Assembly (NCBI GenBank): GCA_963663235.2
Contig: CAXXNO010000012.1
Span: 128,001 to 192,000, forward strand
DNA length: 64,000 bases
DNA from: Dehalococcoidia bacterium
GTDB taxonomy: Bacteria > Chloroflexota > Dehalococcoidia > Bin125
Direction: 5' to 3'
Under the pieces are notes generated by a model. It ran no database searches and was not told the origin of the DNA. It was given only the letters and a program-made list of their open reading frames with translations. Shown here piece by piece: positions 1 to 9,271 of this stretch (within the stretch, counting starts at the first letter, position 1; every line of letters begins with the position of its first letter). Made by a program: the position numbers and the translations under genes.

Positions 1-70
1 AGTCGATGGCTACTGAACGACTGCTAGCGTCGCCGCAGCTCGAACAGAGACGGAATGACAAATACTCACG

Positions 71-102
71 CCTTGACGTAGGCGAGTTTCTCGGCGTTGC
101 GG
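71..102. repeat. 32-bp imperfect direct repeat, copy 1, flanking the TA pair
   Basis: CCTTGACGTAGGCGAGTTTCTCGGCGTTGCGG matches 611-642 at 29 of 32 positions. Confidence 0.85.
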
Positions 103-114
103 AGGCGGTCGATG

Positions 115-357
115 TCACGCAGGCGCGAGGGCGGAGACGGAGCGGAGGAGGGCGGCGACGCGGTCGCGCTCGGGGACGGCGTTGAGGGAGAAGCCCTGGC
201 TGGCGAAGAGGATCTCGACGCCGACGACGGCGCCGGTGTCGTCGTAGTCGACGTGGAGATGGTCGGTGAGGGGATCCGTGCGGATCTGGCCGACGGGGTC
301 ACGGAGGCGGACGTAAAGGGCGTCCACTTCGGCGTCGTAGGTCACGTGGCCCTTCAT
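115..357 (-). CDS. DUF2283-family protein (putative antitoxin)
   Basis: MKGHVTYDAEVDALYVRL...VDYDDTGAVVGVEIL fits the DUF2283 YD..DALY / D.D..G..VG.EI signature; ATG overlaps the upstream stop (ATGA, 354-357). Confidence 0.85.
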   Translation of the reverse strand: MKGHVTYDAEVDALYVRLRDPVGQIRTDPLTDHLHVDYDDTGAVVGVEILFASQGFSLNAVPERDRVAALLRSVSALAPA

Positions 358-575
358 GGCTCCCACTCCCGCAAGACCATCACGCTGATGACGATCTCGT
401 TGCGCCGAGAGACCACCACGCGGAGTGGTCGTTCCCCAATACGTGCATCGTACCGCAATGCGCCTTCGTCCTGTGTGACGCGCTCTGGGTGCGCGACCAC
501 GGCCTCAACGTCGGTCTCCATGAGGCGACGTACCGCCATCTTCTCCCTGGCGTGTCGACTGTAGAGGAGAGCCAC
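354..575 (-). CDS. DUF4258-family protein (putative toxin)
   Basis: YSRHAREKM..R.L...DVE.VV.HP and LRVVV...IVISV motifs; translationally coupled to the DUF2283 gene. Confidence 0.8.
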   Translation of the reverse strand: MALLYSRHAREKMAVRRLMETDVEAVVAHPERVTQDEGALRYDARIGERPLRVVVSRRNEIVISVMVLREWEP

Positions 576-610
576 CGACTGCCCCTGTGTCTGGTATGAC
601 GATCGCCACC

Positions 611-642
611 CCTTAACGTAGGCGAGTTTTTCGGCGGTGCGG
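611..642. repeat. 32-bp imperfect direct repeat, copy 2
   Basis: CCTTAACGTAGGCGAGTTTTTCGGCGGTGCGG, 540 bp from copy 1. Confidence 0.85.
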
Positions 643-675
643 CCGTGGCGAAGGCGGAAGAGGTCGACGCGGCGA

Positions 676-960
676 CCTCACCCCCGGCCCCTCTCCATCC
701 TTCCCAGGAGGGAAGGATGGAGAGGGGAGAAAGCCGTTCGCCCTTCGACGGGGCTCCCTTCGACAGGCTCAGGGCAGGCAGGACGAACGGGGTCGGCGTC
801 ATTCGCCCGTCGACGGGCTCTCTTCGGTTGGCTCAGGGCGGGCAGGACGAACGACCGGGTCGCTCCGTTCTCCTGCGACCCTTCGACCCTTCGACTTCGC
901 TCAGGGCGGGCTTCGCTCCCTTCGACAGGCTCAGGGCGGGCAGGACGAACGGGGCGGGAG
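676..960. repeat. Cluster of REP/MITE-like palindromic repeats
   Basis: Perfect 18-bp stem 688-705/710-727; CCCTTCGACAGGCTCAGGGC at 756-775 and 918-937 with variants at 821-839 and 887-907; GGCAGGACGAACG three times. Confidence 0.8.
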
Positions 961-994
961 CGGCTCCAAGCGAGGACGCTGAGGGTACCGAGGG

Positions 995-1984
995 CTAAAC
1001 GCCGTCCGCAACGTCGAGGACGATTTTGCCGAAGTTTTTGTTGGCTTCCATGTAGCGGTGGGCGTCGGCGGCGTCGCGGAGGGGGAAGACGCGGTCGATG
1101 ACGGTGGAGATGCGGCCCTCGATCAGCAGGGGCTCGACGCCGTCGCGGTAGCGGTGTGTGATGGCGGCGCGGTTTTCGGTGGGCTGCGATCGCATGGCGG
1201 TGCCGATCACCTGGAGGCGGCGGGCCAGGATCTCGCCGAGGTTGGCATCGATCTTTGCGCCGCCCATGAGGCCGACCAGGATCAGGCGGCCGGCGGTGGC
1301 GAGGGAAGCGACGTTGCGGGGCCAGTAGGACGCGCCCAGCACGTCCAGGATCACGTGCACGCCCTCGCCGCCGGTGCGCTCCTTGACCACCGCCGCGAAG
1401 TCCTGGGTCTTGTAATTGATCGCGACGTCGGCGCCGAGGTCGCGGGCGCGGGCGCACTTTTCGTCGCTGCCGGCGGTCACGAAGACCTGGGCGTCGCGGG
1501 CCTTGCCGATCTGGATAGCGGCGATGCCCACGCCGCTGCCGCCCGCGTGGATCAGCGTGCGCTCGCCCGCGGCGAGGCGGCCCAGGGTGACCAGGGCCTC
1601 GTTGGCAGTGAAGAAGACCTCCGGGATCGACGCGGCCTGCTGGAAGGTCCAGCCGTCCGGGATGGGCATGGCGAGTGACTCGTGGATAGCGGCGAGTTGG
1701 GCGTAGCCGCCGCCGGGGCACAGGCCGTAGACGCGGTCGCCGGGCTTGAAGCGAGTGGCCGTGCGGCCGACCGCAGCGACCTCGCCGGCGAGCTCCAAGC
1801 CCATGATGGACGAAGCGCCGCGCGGGGGCGGGTAGAGGCCCTGACGCTGCAACATGTCGGCGCGGTTCAGAGCGGAGGCGTGGACGCGGACCAGGACCTC
1901 CTCGTCGGCGGGGATGGGGTCGTCGACGTCGGCGAGGCGGATGCCGTCGGGGTCGCCGGGCTTCTCGATGACGATCGCCTTCAT
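995..1984 (-). CDS. NAD(P)H-quinone oxidoreductase, PIG3/zeta-crystallin family
   Basis: MKAIVI start, LNRAD..QR.G.YPPP.GAS, HAGGSGVG, AHRYME.NKNFGKIVL. Confidence 0.92.
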   Translation of the reverse strand: MKAIVIEKPGDPDGIRLADVDDPIPADEEVLVRVHASALNRADMLQRQGLYPPPRGASSIMGLELAGEVAAVGRTATRFKPGDRVYGLCPGGGYAQLAAIHESLAMPIPDGWTFQQAASIPEVFFTANEALVTLGRLAAGERTLIHAGGSGVGIAAIQIGKARDAQVFVTAGSDEKCARARDLGADVAINYKTQDFAAVVKERTGGEGVHVILDVLGASYWPRNVASLATAGRLILVGLMGGAKIDANLGEILARRLQVIGTAMRSQPTENRAAITHRYRDGVEPLLIEGRISTVIDRVFPLRDAADAHRYMEANKNFGKIVLDVADGV

Positions 1985-1992
1985 GGTCGCTC

Positions 1993-3051
1993 CTAACCGA
2001 GCCCGTGGATCGTTCGCGCTTGGGCGACCAAGGCGTCGATGTTGGGCGCCGCGGCCGCGCGGTCCGCGGGGGCGGGGCCGACGGGGTCGGCCGATGGCGG
2101 ATCGCCCAGCAGCACCTCGACGCAGTGGCGGACGGCCCAAGCGATGGCTTCGAGGTCGTAGCCGCCCTCGAGGGCGTAGACCTGCGGCGCGCCGAGATCG
2201 CCCGCGAGCGCCGCCAGGCGCTCGGCGATGGCGCGGTAGCCGGAGCCGCTGAGGTTCTGGGCGGCGAGGGGGTCGCGCCAGTGGGCGTCGAAGCCGGCGG
2301 AGACCATTAGGAGCGAGGGCCGGAAGCGGCGCGCGACGGGCAGGATCACGTCATCGAAGCAGCGGAGGTATTCGGCGTCGCCGCAGCCGGCGGGCAGAGG
2401 GAGGTTGAGGTTCGTGCCGGCGGCGTCGCCGTCGCCGGTCTCTTCGAGCCGGCCAGTGCCCGGATAGTGGGGGGACTGGTGCAAGCTCACGTACAAGAGC
2501 CGTGGCTCCGCGTAGAAGATGTCCTGGGTCCCGTTGCCGTGGTGGACATCGAAGTCGATGACGGCGACGCGGTCGGCCAAGCCGGCCTCCAAGGCGTGCG
2601 CGGCGGCGACGGCGACGTTGTTGAAGAAGCAGAAGCCCATCGCGCGGCTCGGCGTGGCGTGGTGGCCTGGGGGTCGGGGCAGACAGAACGCGGCCTTGAG
2701 ATCGCCACGGGCGACTTGTTCGGTCGCCGCGAGCACGCCGCCCGCGGCCAAGCGAGCGGCCTTGAGCGAGCCGGGGCCGAGGGCCGTGTCCTGATCGAGG
2801 AAGACACGCCGGGACTCGGCCAGTCGTCCGGCCGCCGTCAGTTGCTCGATGAGGCCGGGCGAGTGGACGCGTCTCAGCGCCTCGTCCGAGACGGGCCGCG
2901 CCTCGACCGGAGAGAGGCGACCGGCGAGGCCGGAGTCGTCCAGCAGTTGTTCGATGGCGACCAAGCGATCGGGCCGCTCGGGGTGATTGGCCGTGGTCTC
3001 GTGCTCGCGGAAGGCGAGATCACGCAGCAGGCCAACAGGGCTGTCCGTCAT
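1993..3051 (-). CDS. Histone deacetylase / acetylpolyamine amidohydrolase family protein
   Basis: [48 protein letters not shown]; start placed at ATG 3051, not 3786. Confidence 0.93.
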   Translation of the reverse strand: MTDSPVGLLRDLAFREHETTANHPERPDRLVAIEQLLDDSGLAGRLSPVEARPVSDEALRRVHSPGLIEQLTAAGRLAESRRVFLDQDTALGPGSLKAARLAAGGVLAATEQVARGDLKAAFCLPRPPGHHATPSRAMGFCFFNNVAVAAAHALEAGLADRVAVIDFDVHHGNGTQDIFYAEPRLLYVSLHQSPHYPGTGRLEETGDGDAAGTNLNLPLPAGCGDAEYLRCFDDVILPVARRFRPSLLMVSAGFDAHWRDPLAAQNLSGSGYRAIAERLAALAGDLGAPQVYALEGGYDLEAIAWAVRHCVEVLLGDPPSADPVGPAPADRAAAAPNIDALVAQARTIHGLG

Positions 3052-3105
3052 GGCGGGGATGCTAACACGCGGACCGAGTGAAGCCGCTGATACTCTGAGC
3101 AGCGT

Positions 3106-5004
3106 ATGTACGTCATCGGCACCGCGGGGCACGTGGACCACGGCAAGAGCCGGCTGGTGCAAGCGCTGACCGGCATCGACCCGGACCGCCTGCAAGAAGA
3201 GAAGGCGCGGGGGATGACGATCGACCTGGGGTTCGCCTGGCTGACGCTGCCGAGCGGTCGCGAAGTCAGCATCGTCGATGTGCCCGGGCACGAGCGCTTT
3301 ATCAAGAACATGCTGGCGGGCGTGGGCGGGATCGATCTGGCGTTGCTCGTCGTGGCGGCGGACGAAGGGGTCATGCCGCAGACCCGCGAGCACCTGGCGA
3401 TCCTGGACCTGCTGCAAGTGCAGCACGGAGTGGTCGCCTTGGCCAAGGCGGATCTCGTGGAGAGCGACTGGCTGGATCTCGTCGAGGCGGACGTGCGGGA
3501 GACGCTCTCGTCCACCACGTTGGCGACGGCAGCGATCGTGCGCTGCTCGATCGTGAGCGGCGAGGGGCTGGAGGCGCTGCAGGCGGCGCTGGATGGTGCG
3601 CTGGACGGCATGCCGCCCAAGCGTGACCTGGGACGGCCGCGGCTGCCCATCGACCGCGTGTTCACGATCAGCGGCTTCGGCACCGTGGTCACAGGCACCC
3701 TGGTGGACGGGCCGCTGCACGTGGGGGAGCAAGTCGCGCTCGTGCCGGGCGACCACTCGGCGCGAGTGCGGGGACTGCAGACGCACAAGCGAAAGGTGGA
3801 GAGCGCGAAAGCGGGCACCCGGACTGCCGTGAACCTAGGCGGCGTCGATCCGGAGGACCTGGAGCGGGGCATGGTGCTGACGGTTCCCGGCTGGCTGCAC
3901 CCGACCACCGCCTTAGACGTGCGGCTGCGGGCGGTGGCCGGAATGCCGCGCCCGATCAAGCACAACGCCAGCGTGAGCTTTCACTGCGGCGCGGCCGAGG
4001 TGAGCGGGCGCATCCGGCTGCTGGACCAGGAGCAGTTGGAGCCGGGCCAAGAGGGCTGGGCCCAGATCCGGCTGGCCGCCCCCGTGGCGGCGGCGCGGGG
4101 CGACTACTTCGTGGTGCGGAGCAGCGAGGACACGATCGGCGGGGGGCAAGTGGTGGACACGCGGCCGCGCCGGCACCGGCGCAACCGCCCGGAGACGCTG
4201 GACGCGCTGGCGCGGCTGCTCCACGGGACTCCAGACGATACGGCGCTGGCGCACCTCCAGCGGATCGAACCGGCATCGCTGGCGGAGCTGCGCGGCCGCA
4301 GCGAGCTGGAGCCGGACGCCCTGCGGGAGGCCGTCGGGCGGCAGGTGGCGGATGAAACGATGGTGCGATTGGACGCGGCTCGGGCCGACGAGGGCGAGTT
4401 GGAGGACAGCAGTCTGCTGATGACGGCGGAGGGGTTCGCGGCGCTCGCGGGTAAGGCAGAGGCGCTCACGGAGACGTTCGTCGCGGAGCACCCTTTGCGC
4501 CCCGGGATCCCCAAAGAAGAGCTACGCAGCCGCCTGCGCCTGCCGGCGAAGACATTCGCGGCGCTGGAAGGAGCGTTGGTGCGCAGGGGCCAACTCACAG
4601 CGCGGGCGGGCGCGCTGGACCTGCCGGAGCGGCGGGCGGAGCTGAGTGGAGAGCAGCGGCTGGCGGCGGAGCGTCTGCTGGCCGACCTGCGGGCCGGAGG
4701 GTCGCAACCGCCGAGCAGTAACGAGGTGGACCCGGAACTGCTGCGCTACCTGGAGACGGAGGGCACGATTGTGCGGGTGGCGGACGGCGTGCATTTCGCG
4801 CCGGAGGTGCACGCGCAGTTGGTGGAGAAGGTCGTGGAGGCGCTGCGGTCGGAAGGGGAGATCACCTTGGCGCAGGTGCGCGACCTGCTGGGGACGAGCC
4901 GGAAGTACGCACAAGCATTCCTGGAGGACCTGGACCAGCGTCGCGTGACGCGGCGGGTGGGGGACGCACGCGTGCTGCGCCAGCAGAACCGCACCGGCGG
5001 GTGA
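3106..5004 (+). CDS. selB: Selenocysteine-specific elongation factor SelB
   Basis: [41 protein letters not shown]-terminal winged helix SRKYA...LE.LD. Confidence 0.97.
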   Translation: MYVIGTAGHVDHGKSRLVQALTGIDPDRLQEEKARGMTIDLGFAWLTLPSGREVSIVDVPGHERFIKNMLAGVGGIDLALLVVAADEGVMPQTREHLAILDLLQVQHGVVALAKADLVESDWLDLVEADVRETLSSTTLATAAIVRCSIVSGEGLEALQAALDGALDGMPPKRDLGRPRLPIDRVFTISGFGTVVTGTLVDGPLHVGEQVALVPGDHSARVRGLQTHKRKVESAKAGTRTAVNLGGVDPEDLERGMVLTVPGWLHPTTALDVRLRAVAGMPRPIKHNASVSFHCGAAEVSGRIRLLDQEQLEPGQEGWAQIRLAAPVAAARGDYFVVRSSEDTIGGGQVVDTRPRRHRRNRPETLDALARLLHGTPDDTALAHLQRIEPASLAELRGRSELEPDALREAVGRQVADETMVRLDAARADEGELEDSSLLMTAEGFAALAGKAEALTETFVAEHPLRPGIPKEELRSRLRLPAKTFAALEGALVRRGQLTARAGALDLPERRAELSGEQRLAAERLLADLRAGGSQPPSSNEVDPELLRYLETEGTIVRVADGVHFAPEVHAQLVEKVVEALRSEGEITLAQVRDLLGTSRKYAQAFLEDLDQRRVTRRVGDARVLRQQNRTGG

Positions 5005-5011
5005 GTCGGTT

Positions 5012-5085
5012 TTGTTGGCCGGCGCGCTTGCGCGCCGGGGGGCGGGTGGGCCCGTGTTGTTGGCCGGCGCGCAAGCGCGCCGGGG
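5012..5085. repeat. Pair of REP-like palindromes
   Basis: TTGTTGGCCGGCGCGCTTGCGCGCCGGGG (5012-5040) and TTGTTGGCCGGCGCGCAAGCGCGCCGGGG (5057-5085), differing only in the TT/AA loop. Confidence 0.7.
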
Positions 5086-5222
5086 ACGCGTGCTGCGAGG
5101 CGGTGGCTAGCGCGGATCGACTCGGAGGGCACGAGCCTACCGAGGCGTGGGAGCGATCGGAACGCCCTGCAAGTTGCTACCGTGTCAGTGCGGCGCGTAC
5201 GGATGTCGATGAGGGGAGACTC

Positions 5223-5894
5223 ATGGCAGACACGAAGCGCATCAAGATCCAAGCGAACGGGCCGTACCTCGTTTCCGGCGACGTGCCCCTCAGCGAGATG
5301 GCGCCGGTGCACACGTACAACGGAGAGCCAATCGACTGGCACCGCCTGCGCGACTTCGATCCACAAGGCAAGGTGTACGCGCTGTGCCGATGTGGCGAAT
5401 CAAGCAACAAGCCGTTCTGCGACGGAACGCACGCGCAGCGCGGCTTCGACGGCACAGAGACAGCCGACCGGTCACCCGGAGCGTCGCGACAGGAACGGCT
5501 CGAGGGACCGGGCATCACCGTCACCGACGACAAGTCACTGTGCCACAGCGCCGGATTCTGCGGAACGCGAACGACCAACGTGTGGAAGATGCTGGAGCAG
5601 AGCGACGACCCGGCGGCGCGGGCGAAGATGATCGAGATGATCCGGCTCTGTCCCTCCGGGCGGCTGGCGTATTCGATTCCTCCGAGCGGCGCGCCGGAGG
5701 AAGAGGACCTGCCGCAGGAAGTGGCCGTGGTCCCCGGCGGCCCGCTGTGGGTGCGGGGCGGCATCACGGTTGAGTCCACCGATGGGCGCGAGTGGGAAGC
5801 TCTGAATCGCCGCACGCTTTGCCGTTGCGGCGCGTCGAAGAACAAGCCGTTCTGCGACGGAGCGCACAGCGAAGCCAGCTTCGACGAGCGGTGA
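5223..5894 (+). CDS. CDGSH iron-sulfur protein with two CDGSH motifs and a central ferredoxin-like domain
   Basis: LCRCGESSNKPFCDGTH and LCRCGASKNKPFCDGAH flank C.S.GFC...CPSGRL; GGGGAG RBS before ATG 5223. Confidence 0.9.
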   Translation: MADTKRIKIQANGPYLVSGDVPLSEMAPVHTYNGEPIDWHRLRDFDPQGKVYALCRCGESSNKPFCDGTHAQRGFDGTETADRSPGASRQERLEGPGITVTDDKSLCHSAGFCGTRTTNVWKMLEQSDDPAARAKMIEMIRLCPSGRLAYSIPPSGAPEEEDLPQEVAVVPGGPLWVRGGITVESTDGREWEALNRRTLCRCGASKNKPFCDGAHSEASFDER

Positions 5895-5958
5895 GGCCGA
5901 AGCCTTCAGCCGCGCGACAGAGGACCGGACGGGCGCTGCGGGAGACCGGCCCCGTGCG

Positions 5959-7117
5959 CTAGGTCGTCGCTTTCACCCGGCGGCGGAAGAGCAGCCGGCG
6001 CTGGATGGAGCCCTCTTCCCAGAGCACGACTACCTGACTAGCGACCCCGATGGACGAGTAGGTCCCTACGACGGCACCGATCAGTAGGACCACCGCGAAC
6101 GGGCGGATCGTCGCGCCGCCCATGAGCACCAAGGCGAGCAGGGCCACGATCAGCGTGATGGACGTATTCAGTGAGCGGCCCAGCGACTGGGTGATGGCGG
6201 CGTTGACGCTCTCGCGGAAGCCGCCGCGCATCACCCAGCAGGTTCTCGCGGATGCGGTCGAAGACGACGATGGTGTCGTTGACGCTGTAGCCGATCACCG
6301 CCAGCACAGCGGTGACGAACATCGCGTTGACCTCGAACTCGATGGTACGCCCGAGGATGGCGAACACGCCGACGATGATGGTGATGTCGTGCAGGAGGGC
6401 GACCACCGCCGCGGCGCCGTAGAGGAGCGGCTTGGGCAGGCGGCGGAACACCATGGTGATGTAGATGAGGATGGCGATCGCCGCCACGGAAACAGCGATG
6501 GCGGCGTCGCGGGCGATCTCGGTGCTGAGCACGCCAGAGACCGAAGCGGACTGCCGCACCCCCAAGGGCCCGACGTCCTCGCGGAGAGCCGTCACCACGT
6601 CATCGCGGAGCGTCTGGATGTCGCGGTCGTCGGGCTCCTGGACGCGCACCTTGAAGGCCGACTCGCCGGTGCCCTGGATCCGCGCGTCGCCCAAGCCGAT
6701 CGTTTCCAGGGCGTCGCGGACATCATCTTGTGTGGCGTCGGCGGCGAACCAGATCTCGAACTCCACTAAACCGGGAGCGGTGAAGGAGTCCTCGACCTCG
6801 AACGTGCCCAGGGCGTCGTCGATTGCGACGCCGACGTCGCCGGCGACCGTCACGGGATCCTCGTCCTCCGTCACCGGAGTGGTGATCAGGAACGTGCCGG
6901 CGGGCGTCGACTGCACATCGGCGCCAGGAATGTCCGTGATCGCCTCCTGGACCTGTTCCGTGGAAATATCCTGAACAAAGCGGACCTCGATCTCGAGGCC
7001 ACCCACGAAGTCGATGCCGGGAGTCAATTGCCAGATCGCCAGCGCCACCCCGCACGGAATCAGGACCGCCAAGGAGAGCACCATGAACAAGGGGCGCAGG
7101 CGGATGAAGTCGATCAA
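5959..7117 (-). pseudogene. secF: Protein translocase subunit SecF, split by a single-base frameshift near 6235 (possibly a sequencing error)
   Basis: First frame has GIDFVGG and GYSVNDTIVVFDRIRE; the C-terminal RSLNTSIT / GTYSSI continues in another frame; one extra G in CTG-GGTG-ATG. Confidence 0.85.
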
Positions 7118-7141
7118 CGCGCGTCTCCGAGCCCGGTCATG

Positions 7142-8872
7142 TCAGTCCCCACCTCCGCGCCCGGGAGCGGTCTGGGCCCCCAGATCGGCCGCGGCCTCCT
7201 CCTCTTCCGTCAGACGCACGCCGAAGAGCCGCAAGTCGCGGGTCGGCACCAGGCCCACGGTGAGGTTGAGGAAGGTGCGGGTGACGAAGATTGACGTGAC
7301 CACGCTGAAGAGCGTGCCCACGAAGAGAGTGATGGCGAACGACTTGATCAGGTTGGCGTTGAACTGGTCGCCGAAGACGTACAGGATGGCGACCGTGATC
7401 AGCGTGGAGACGTTGGAATCGCGGATGGCGGGCCAGGCGCGCCGGAAGCCGACATCGATGGCGCCCTGCAGGTTGCGCCGCAGGCGCAACTCTTCGCGCA
7501 TGCGCTCAAAGATCAAGACATTGCCGTCCACGGCCAAGCCCAGGGAGAGCACGAAGCCAGCGATTCCGGCGAGCGTGAGCGTGACCGGCACCAGCTTGAA
7601 GGTCGCCATGACCGCGGCGGCGTAGACGCACAGCGCCAGCGCCCCCAGCACGCCCGGCAAGCGGTAATAGACGATCATGAAAAGGATGATGGCGAGGAAC
7701 GCGATCAGCCCGGCCTGGACGGTGTCGATCACGAAATCCTCGCCCAAGGAAGCGGCCACCTCGGTCTGCTGGATGACAGTAAGGTTGAGCGGCAGCGAGC
7801 CGGCGCGGAGTTGGCGGCGCAGCACTCGCGCCTCGTCGTTCGTGAGGCCGGTGATGATGCCACTTTCCTGGATGACCGCGTTCACGATCGGTGCGCTGAC
7901 CAGTTCGCGATCGAGGAAGATGCCGAGCGGCTCCTGCCTGGGCACCAGGCGGCGTGTGATCTGCTCGAAAAGGCGCGCCCCTTCGGAATTGAAGCGGAAG
8001 GCCAAGGCCGGCTGCCCGCCGGCGTCCAGGTCGCGCCGGACGGAATCGGCGATGAGGAACTCGCCGGTGAGCGCTCGCTCCTGGCCGTCGTTATCGCGGC
8101 CGCGGGCGGGGATCCAGCGTCTCCCCTGCGCCACGATGACGTCCTCCTCGGGGTCACCGAGAGGGAACTCGAACAGACGGAGGTCCTCTGGCGGCAGTTC
8201 CTGCAGGTCGCGAATGAAGGCATCCTCCAGCGCGTTGCGCACGGTGAGGGAGTTGGGGGGAGCGAAAGCGACGGAGACCGTGGGGTCGAGCTGGCGAAAC
8301 TCGAGGAGCGCGACGGATCCCACGAGGTCGGCCGCTTCCTCGGACGTGACGCCGGGGATCTGCACGTTGATGCGATTGTCCCCGAACTGCGTGACCTCCG
8401 CCTCCGACACGCCGAAGCCGCTGACCCGCAGCTCGATGATCTCGCGGGCCTGCTGCATGGCCGAGGCGAGATCTTCTCCTTCCAGGTCCAGCGGCAGGAT
8501 CAACGCGGTGACCGAATCGGGGAGCGGGCGGTCGTAATCGTCGGGATCGATCGTGCGCAGGGAGTCATTGAGATCGAGGAGGTTATCGAGGTCGGCGCCG
8601 GTGCGGCGGAGGAAACTGTTCACGGACTCGTTGAGGCGGACGCTGGCGGCGGTACCCGTCGCCTCCAAGGTCACGGAAACGCCGCCGGCGAGATCAAGGC
8701 CGAGGCGGAACTCGTCGCGGTCGAAGCCAGCGACGTTGATCCCATGCCCGCGAGGCCAGGGAATGAAGTCCGGTAGGTACTTGTCGGGGTTGCCGGGCCA
8801 GGTGACCACGAGGCTGAAGGCGGTGACTGCCAGGATCACCAGCAGCGCGAGCTGATTTTGTCGCTTACGCAC
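7142..8872 (-). CDS. secD: Protein translocase subunit SecD with a LysM-like insertion
   Basis: LGLDLAGG, LRAGSLP, LTLAGIAG, AVDGNVLIFER.REE, AIRDSNVST. Confidence 0.96.
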   Translation of the reverse strand: MRKRQNQLALLVILAVTAFSLVVTWPGNPDKYLPDFIPWPRGHGINVAGFDRDEFRLGLDLAGGVSVTLEATGTAASVRLNESVNSFLRRTGADLDNLLDLNDSLRTIDPDDYDRPLPDSVTALILPLDLEGEDLASAMQQAREIIELRVSGFGVSEAEVTQFGDNRINVQIPGVTSEEAADLVGSVALLEFRQLDPTVSVAFAPPNSLTVRNALEDAFIRDLQELPPEDLRLFEFPLGDPEEDVIVAQGRRWIPARGRDNDGQERALTGEFLIADSVRRDLDAGGQPALAFRFNSEGARLFEQITRRLVPRQEPLGIFLDRELVSAPIVNAVIQESGIITGLTNDEARVLRRQLRAGSLPLNLTVIQQTEVAASLGEDFVIDTVQAGLIAFLAIILFMIVYYRLPGVLGALALCVYAAAVMATFKLVPVTLTLAGIAGFVLSLGLAVDGNVLIFERMREELRLRRNLQGAIDVGFRRAWPAIRDSNVSTLITVAILYVFGDQFNANLIKSFAITLFVGTLFSVVTSIFVTRTFLNLTVGLVPTRDLRLFGVRLTEEEEAAADLGAQTAPGRGGGD

Positions 8873-8938
8873 TACGTTCCGTCGCCACCTCGCCCGGTGC
8901 TTCTCTCGACGGCATCATACGTGGCAGCCGCCTTGCGA

Positions 8939-9271
8939 TCATCGCGAGCGATCGTGGGACGTATTGGCGTCGTCCTCCGCTTCGCCGGCGTCGAAGGCCT
9001 CGACGTCGGTGATCCGCTCCGCGATGGCATGCGTGCGGGCCCGCACGACGATGCCCGGCGCCAGCTTGAGATAGAGGACCATGGGCCCACCGGGCGGGGT
9101 GTCCACGGCATCCACCGTCGCGATCAGGCCGCCGGTGGTGAGCACCTCGTCACCGACGCGGAGCGCGTTCAGGTCGTGCGTCCTGCGCCGCTGCTCGGCG
9201 CGCGCCGGACGTATGAAGAAGATGAAAAAGAGCAGGATCACCAGCACCGTGATCGTGATGACTTCAGCCAT
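8939..9271 (-). CDS. yajC: Preprotein translocase subunit YajC
   Basis: N-terminal TM helix, FFIRP, L.VGDEVLTTGGL; directly upstream of secD. Confidence 0.9.
   Translation of the reverse strand: MAEVITITVLVILLFFIFFIRPARAEQRRRTHDLNALRVGDEVLTTGGLIATVDAVDTPPGGPMVLYLKLAPGIVVRARTHAIAERITDVEAFDAGEAEDDANTSHDRSR

Noticed and set aside
71-642. Integron attC sites around the TA pair
   Set aside because: GTTAAGG and GTCAAGG only loosely match GTTRRRY, there is no proper RYYYAAC or L-box hairpin, and no integrase is seen.
3052-3786. N-terminal extension of the HDAC ORF, and similar extensions of def, murC, murB, ddl, recX and the CoxL ORFs
   Set aside because: They overlap neighbouring genes; family homology starts at downstream start codons.
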